Origin: Mytilus californianus
Taxonomy: Eukaryota
DNA length: 64,000 bases
Assembly (NCBI RefSeq): GCF_021869535.1
Contig: NW_026262581.1
Location: 121,024,001-121,088,000, forward strand
Reading direction: 5' to 3'
Shown: piece after piece, positions 61,500-64,000 of the stretch
Layout of the letters: each line of letters begins with the position of its first letter
Numbering within the stretch: the first letter of the stretch is position 1
Translations under genes and position numbers: made by a program
The notes under the pieces: model-generated
Told to the model about the DNA's origin: nothing
What the model saw: the letters and a program-made list of their open reading frames with translations, nothing else
The model's database searches: none

Positions 61500-61645
61500 A
61501 TTCAAACTGACCAAACACATTGGCAGAGTTTGAAGTATGTACCCTTAATCTTAAGATCCACATCAGTTTGTTTTCCAAACTCATCAGTGGAGCTTGAAGT
61601 GTTTACCCTTAATCTTATGATCCACATACATTTGTTGTCCAAACT
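61500..61645. repeat. About 63-bp tandem duplication next to the LRRC42 exon 1 donor
   Basis: ttgaagt.t.tacccttaatctta.gatccacat....ttgtt.tccaaac occurs twice. Confidence 0.7.
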
Positions 61646-61668
61646 GCAATTATGCATGGGAGACTTAC

Positions 61669-62084
61669 CTCCGAAGTTGTCCCAAATCATTTAAGAAATC
61701 ATGTTCATCTCCTAATCTACAACCAGTCAAATCTATTTCTCTAAGGGATGACAACAAATTTAAACGATCCTGACAGAAATTAACTCCAAGATATTGGTTA
61801 CTGAGATTCAAACTTGATATAACAAGGTCCTCATATACAGTGGTAAATACTGAAAGTGCATGAAAGCTGTAGTTATCATCTAAATCAAACTTGTCTAAGG
61901 ATTCTGCTTTTCTGAAGATCTGTTCTGCTATTAAATCTGGCAATCCATAAAAAGAGTCAACATAGCACAGATTTTCTGCTACATAGTGTATGCACTGTGA
62001 CAACAAACGTTCTGGCGTTTTTTGTCTCTCTTCAGATGTATCATGGGTCTTAAGTAACTTTCTATTCATGTCATTTCTAAACAT
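61669..62084 (-). CDS. LRRC42: LRRC42 (leucine-rich repeat-containing protein 42) first coding exon; total CDS 1131 nt, 376 aa
   Basis: VDSFYGLPDLIAEQIF and IDLTGCRLGDEHDFL match human IDSLIGFPEQIAEKLF and LDLSCCKLGDEHELL; AG|gtaagt donor at 61668; acceptor at 62102-62103; in-frame TAA directly before the ATG. Confidence 0.9.
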
Positions 62085-62884
62085 TTATTTGCAAAGTTTT
62101 CCTAAAAAGAGAAAATACTTTCTTTGCATACCTAATTCTTTTTAATCAAGCATTAACGATTGAATGATTAAGTCAGGAATATATGTGTATATAGACACCA
62201 TGCCATGCAACATGTACTATCACATTTCCATGTTCATTAATATATTGACAATGATTGATGAACTGCAAAATCTTGATAAAAACCCTTATTTGACTTTAAA
62301 TGCAATAATGTTTGAATTTGAGATTACCTGTCTTTAATACTTTTAAGAGGATATTTATGCAAACACAATCTAGAAATAAAACTGTCCAACATGGCAACAA
62401 TCTCAAATAACATCTCTTCATGCTCATGTGGCTCTCTGTGCAGCATCCCAGACACCTGTCTGCAGCAGTGAAATGGGAAAAGTTTGTTAAAAAAAAAAAG
62501 AGTTAAGAAATATATTTTAGAAAGAAGTTTAAAATAAATTTATTTAATTATTTAATACAGTGTACATGTATGCACAGTGCTAAACTAACCATAACCTTTA
62601 TAAAGTTAAGTAAATATTTTCATCACTTTTAACAGTAATTATTCAAAATTAAGAATGATTGGAAGGGCAGTCAATAATATTTATACATGCATAGATACAT
62701 ACATGTAATGTCATGAATGTGTTTGATATTTCATTATTGACATATATGTCTCTGTTGTAGTGTTGACATTAATAATATTTTTGTATTTATTTTTTTTTAA
62801 TTATCAAAGCACAAGAGCATCAGAGAGGATAATATTATGCTAAATGTGTCACTCTCTTAAAATAAAGACAGTACAACTACTTAC

Positions 62885-63269
62885 CTAAAACAAGGATTTG
62901 TCTAACTACTATACAAATCCTTGCCTAAAACAAAAAATTTTAGAAGCAAGGGGTCGATTTGGAATTTGGCGGGAAAAGTTTCCGAATGGATTTATAAAAG
63001 CCGGTTATCATTTCCGGTAAAGTTCTCTTTAACCACAGCCAAATTACTTTTAATGTTCTAGACACTGCTTTTGTTAATAAACAATATAATTTTTTGTTAA
63101 TACATGAGTCATTTCAGCATAATTGTTCTGTTTTTTATTCATATATTTTATTTTTCAGAATCATTTCCCAGGAGGTCGGATCGGGATGGAAGACTTTGTT
63201 TTGCGATGACAACCATAAATATTCCGAACGGCCCTAACATTCCATCGGTTGTAAATAACAAACTTAAAA
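62885..63269. promoter_or_regulatory. Putative bidirectional promoter and 5' UTRs between LRRC42 and IFT25
   Basis: Minus-strand donor AG|gtaagt at 62884 (probable LRRC42 5' UTR exon); E2F-type TTTGGCGGGAAA at 62965-62976; ETS-like tttccggt at 63011-63018. Transcription starts are not determinable from sequence. Confidence 0.55.
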
Positions 63270-63361
63270 ATGTTTGATGTTGCATTAAAATCTGCTGGTG
63301 CCCAGGTTGTGTTAGCAACATCTAGTGATGACAAATACCCTCCTGAAAATATCATAGACGG
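63270..63361 (+). CDS. IFT25: IFT25/HSPB11 first coding exon (MFDVALKSAGAQVVLATSSDDKYPPENIIDG)
   Basis: Not in the ORF track; matches human HSPB11 ...EVILATSSDEKHPPENIIDG; GG|gtaacc phase-2 donor; the rest of the gene lies beyond the window. Confidence 0.92.
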
Positions 63362-64000
63362 GTAACCTCAATTTTAAACCACTGAGTTCAATGTGCTTAT
63401 AAAGGCTTCATAAAACAGTCCACTGCCGTCACAGCCAATTGTTTCTCTCTCTAAAAATTATACCCTTTACTTTATAACACAAGGTACTTGGGTTTTATAC
63501 GTCATGAAACTATAATTTATTCACGTACAAATGTATGTCCAGCCATGCATCTTCGTGTCTCTTTATTAATTTAAACAGTCTTCTTAATTAAGAACAGCTT
63601 TATATACATGTATATATGCTACTATTAAAGGTGTTGCTGTAGATAAGTAGAAAAACGTCATCTTTGATCTTTACTACAGATAAATGGGTAGTGGGGCTTG
63701 TTGTATACAATCATTTCGACCATTGTTACTGGGTTCTTTTGGATCGGCATCTACTTTCCTGTATCAGCTTCTGATGTCTGACCTGACGGTTCCTTTACAA
63801 TCATCGCAGTCAGCAATGATCTAATATCAGAAACTGGCTGTGGTATTTCTGGTATTTTCATAGAATCTTCACAGACTACCTGTTGAGCAGATGAATATTC
63901 ACATTATTGATGTTATTGCAAGTGTTCCCAGGTTGATCTTGAATCGGTCTAGTACATTTCTTTTGAAGGAAACCTTGAACTTGTTGAAGGCAACGGTTAT

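Noticed and set aside
62102-62131. GT...AG pair as an LRRC42 intron
   Set aside because: Only about 30 nt long, too short for a spliceosomal intron; the donor at 62884 is more plausible.
63161-63355. 64-aa minus-strand ORF
   Set aside because: It is antisense to the clearly homologous IFT25 exon on the plus strand.

Overview
AT-rich, intron-rich animal genomic DNA. The repeat families look like those of a Mytilus-type bivalve (my inference, not verified). Four host genes could be reconstructed exon by exon with consistent GT-AG phases: ERMP1 (minus strand, 7 coding exons from 11770 to 530, running off the left edge), ZRANB2 (plus, 8 coding exons 24211-44580, 284 aa), LRRC42 (minus, 5 coding exons 62084-55853, 376 aa) and the first coding exon of IFT25/HSPB11 (plus, 63270-63361). 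Between the divergent ERMP1 and ZRANB2 sits a decayed, near full-length RTE-X-like LINE (esterase ORF1, APE-RT ORF2) carrying three nested insertions: a Ginger2/TDD-like element, a young 5'-truncated LINE and an EnSpm-like MITE. Introns are packed with Helentron-type (HINE-like) elements carrying 160-190 bp satellite cores, plus MITEs, SINEs and hAT/Ginger derivatives. Most interesting observations: (1) two tandem arrays in ERMP1 built from exon boundaries, namely a stop-free, in-frame 36-nt ladder of 3' splice acceptors (1-360) and a ~65-nt ladder of 5' splice donors closed by a premature stop (3730-4881); (2) a cluster of AGGUAA-like ZRANB2-binding motifs plus a stronger distal donor in ZRANB2's own last intron, predicting autoregulation by nonsense-mediated decay; (3) a compact head-to-head LRRC42/IFT25 pair that I recall also exists in human.
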